This document shows positions 62,877 to 64,000 of a stretch of 64,000 nucleotides of DNA, one piece after another (position 1 is the first letter of the stretch; each line of letters opens with the position of its first letter). The stretch lies in sequence record NC_100372.1. The stretch is one strand, 5' to 3'. The notes under the pieces were generated by a model. The model was not told the DNA's origin. It searched no databases and saw only the letters and a program-made list of their open reading frames with translations. Origin of the DNA: a phage. Both the position numbers and the translations under genes were made by a program.

Positions 62877-63086
62877 TCAACAGATTCCGGCCTTATCCTT
62901 CCTGTCTGCGTATTCTTTAATCGCAACCTCACCTGCATTGGTGACTAGATCTTCAAAGTAATTCTCAAGCTCCTCGTCAATGTCCGGTGACCAGCTCTTT
63001 TTCCTGTCGGTGTGAATTGCAGACTTGTTGAACTTATTACAGTTCTTTGCTACCGGATTGTTCATTAAGCTCTCCTCAACGTTCAT
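62877..63086 (-). CDS. hypothetical protein
   Basis: 69 aa ORF; overlaps start of next gene by 11 nt. Confidence 0.35.
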   Translation of the reverse strand: MNVEESLMNNPVAKNCNKFNKSAIHTDRKKSWSPDIDEELENYFEDLVTNAGEVAIKEYADRKDKAGIC

Positions 63087-63654
63087 AGTAAATCTTATTC
63101 AACATTACCTCATCGTTTGCAGAAAGGATATCAAGATATGCATCACCAAATCTGCCTGCAACAACCTCTGCATGATACATCACTTCGTTAACATCGTCAA
63201 GAGTGATAACCGGATGACCATATCTTTCTGAATATTGTCTCAGGGTGCGATGTAACGAGTCGTCATCATATGCAGACTTTTTAATATCACAAACACGACG
63301 AATAGCCTTGATGTCGAAAAAACCTGTGCGATACCACCCAAGAAAAAAGTTCCGTGTAGTGTCAACATCTACATCAATACCATTAAGAACCTTATCTACA
63401 AGATAGCTGTCATCCTTTGGACTAGTGTCCTTAGTGCGAATGTAGTTGCCATCTTTTCCAGGTGATAGCTCCTTCTCATCACCAACCTGCATGCCATCAT
63501 TTGGCGGTGTTAGCCACTTATCAGGATGCTTACGATCACGAGCGTTAGAATGATTACGCTGGAAACCTGGCTTCCACTTGAAAGTTTTCTCCATCTGTTC
63601 TTCATTCTGATAACGTTTTGCAATCTTTTCACTGGCATCTTTGCGTGAACTCAT
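63076..63654 (-). CDS. hypothetical protein
   Basis: 192 aa; SD GAAGAGGAG upstream of ATG. Confidence 0.5.
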   Translation of the reverse strand: MSSRKDASEKIAKRYQNEEQMEKTFKWKPGFQRNHSNARDRKHPDKWLTPPNDGMQVGDEKELSPGKDGNYIRTKDTSPKDDSYLVDKVLNGIDVDVDTTRNFFLGWYRTGFFDIKAIRRVCDIKKSAYDDDSLHRTLRQYSERYGHPVITLDDVNEVMYHAEVVAGRFGDAYLDILSANDEVMLNKIYYER

Positions 63655-64000
63655 AGCAGACTCCTCTTCAAGTTATAGAAAAAACTCACTGTATCGCTTT
63701 GTAACGAGCTTTTCTATCAAACTGGTGCGATTGCCTTACTTGGTATAGTTTATATAGCTGTGGAGCGATTTAGGGGCCTTCTTGTCAGTTTCCACACATA
63801 AACTTTATCCGAACTCGCGCGGGAGGCTCTCAACCGACTCCTTCCGGCGCTGGCAAGCTTTCGTCGGTGGTCCACATTAGTGCTCGGCCTTTGGCCTGTG
63901 CTATCGCTTCGCTCCCACACATGTTAACAGTCCTGCATGTATGCACTTCTGTTATTGTGTGCACTATGGAGGCCCGGCATCTCGCCCCTCGTAGGCGAGT

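Noticed and set aside
1-64000. CRISPR arrays, integrase or attachment sites, toxin-antitoxin pairs
   Set aside because: No regularly spaced direct repeats, no tyrosine or serine recombinase-like ORF, and no bacterial flanking genes were seen; the window looks like phage genome throughout.

Overview
The window reads as a contiguous piece of a tailed dsDNA phage genome with contractile-tail (myovirus-like) architecture; no integrase, rRNA, CRISPR array or obvious bacterial housekeeping gene is present. All calls are from manual reading of the ORF track and the DNA; no database search or RNA-folding program was run. Layout: (i) 1-6601, minus-strand early-type genes: a GHKL-ATPase protein, a secreted SleB/CwlJ-like cell-wall hydrolase, a MoxR/CobS-like AAA+ ATPase and small hypotheticals, read from a near-consensus sigma70-like promoter; (ii) 6744-13423, a plus-strand accessory block of small genes closed by a bidirectional terminator; (iii) 13471-60544, one long minus-strand late module running terL, portal, protease, scaffold, capsid, neck, sheath, tube, frameshifted chaperone, tape measure, baseplate and an unusually large set of tail fibres and enzyme-like tail proteins, punctuated by GC hairpin terminators; (iv) 60650-63654, small minus-strand genes and a seven-member tRNA array with its own promoter. 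The most interesting candidates for something undescribed are the plus-strand accessory block (a split MoxR / vWA-metallopeptidase pair, a tandem degenerate HNH-like protein, three or four tandem paralogous small proteins) and the multiplied receptor-binding and depolymerase-like tail proteins.
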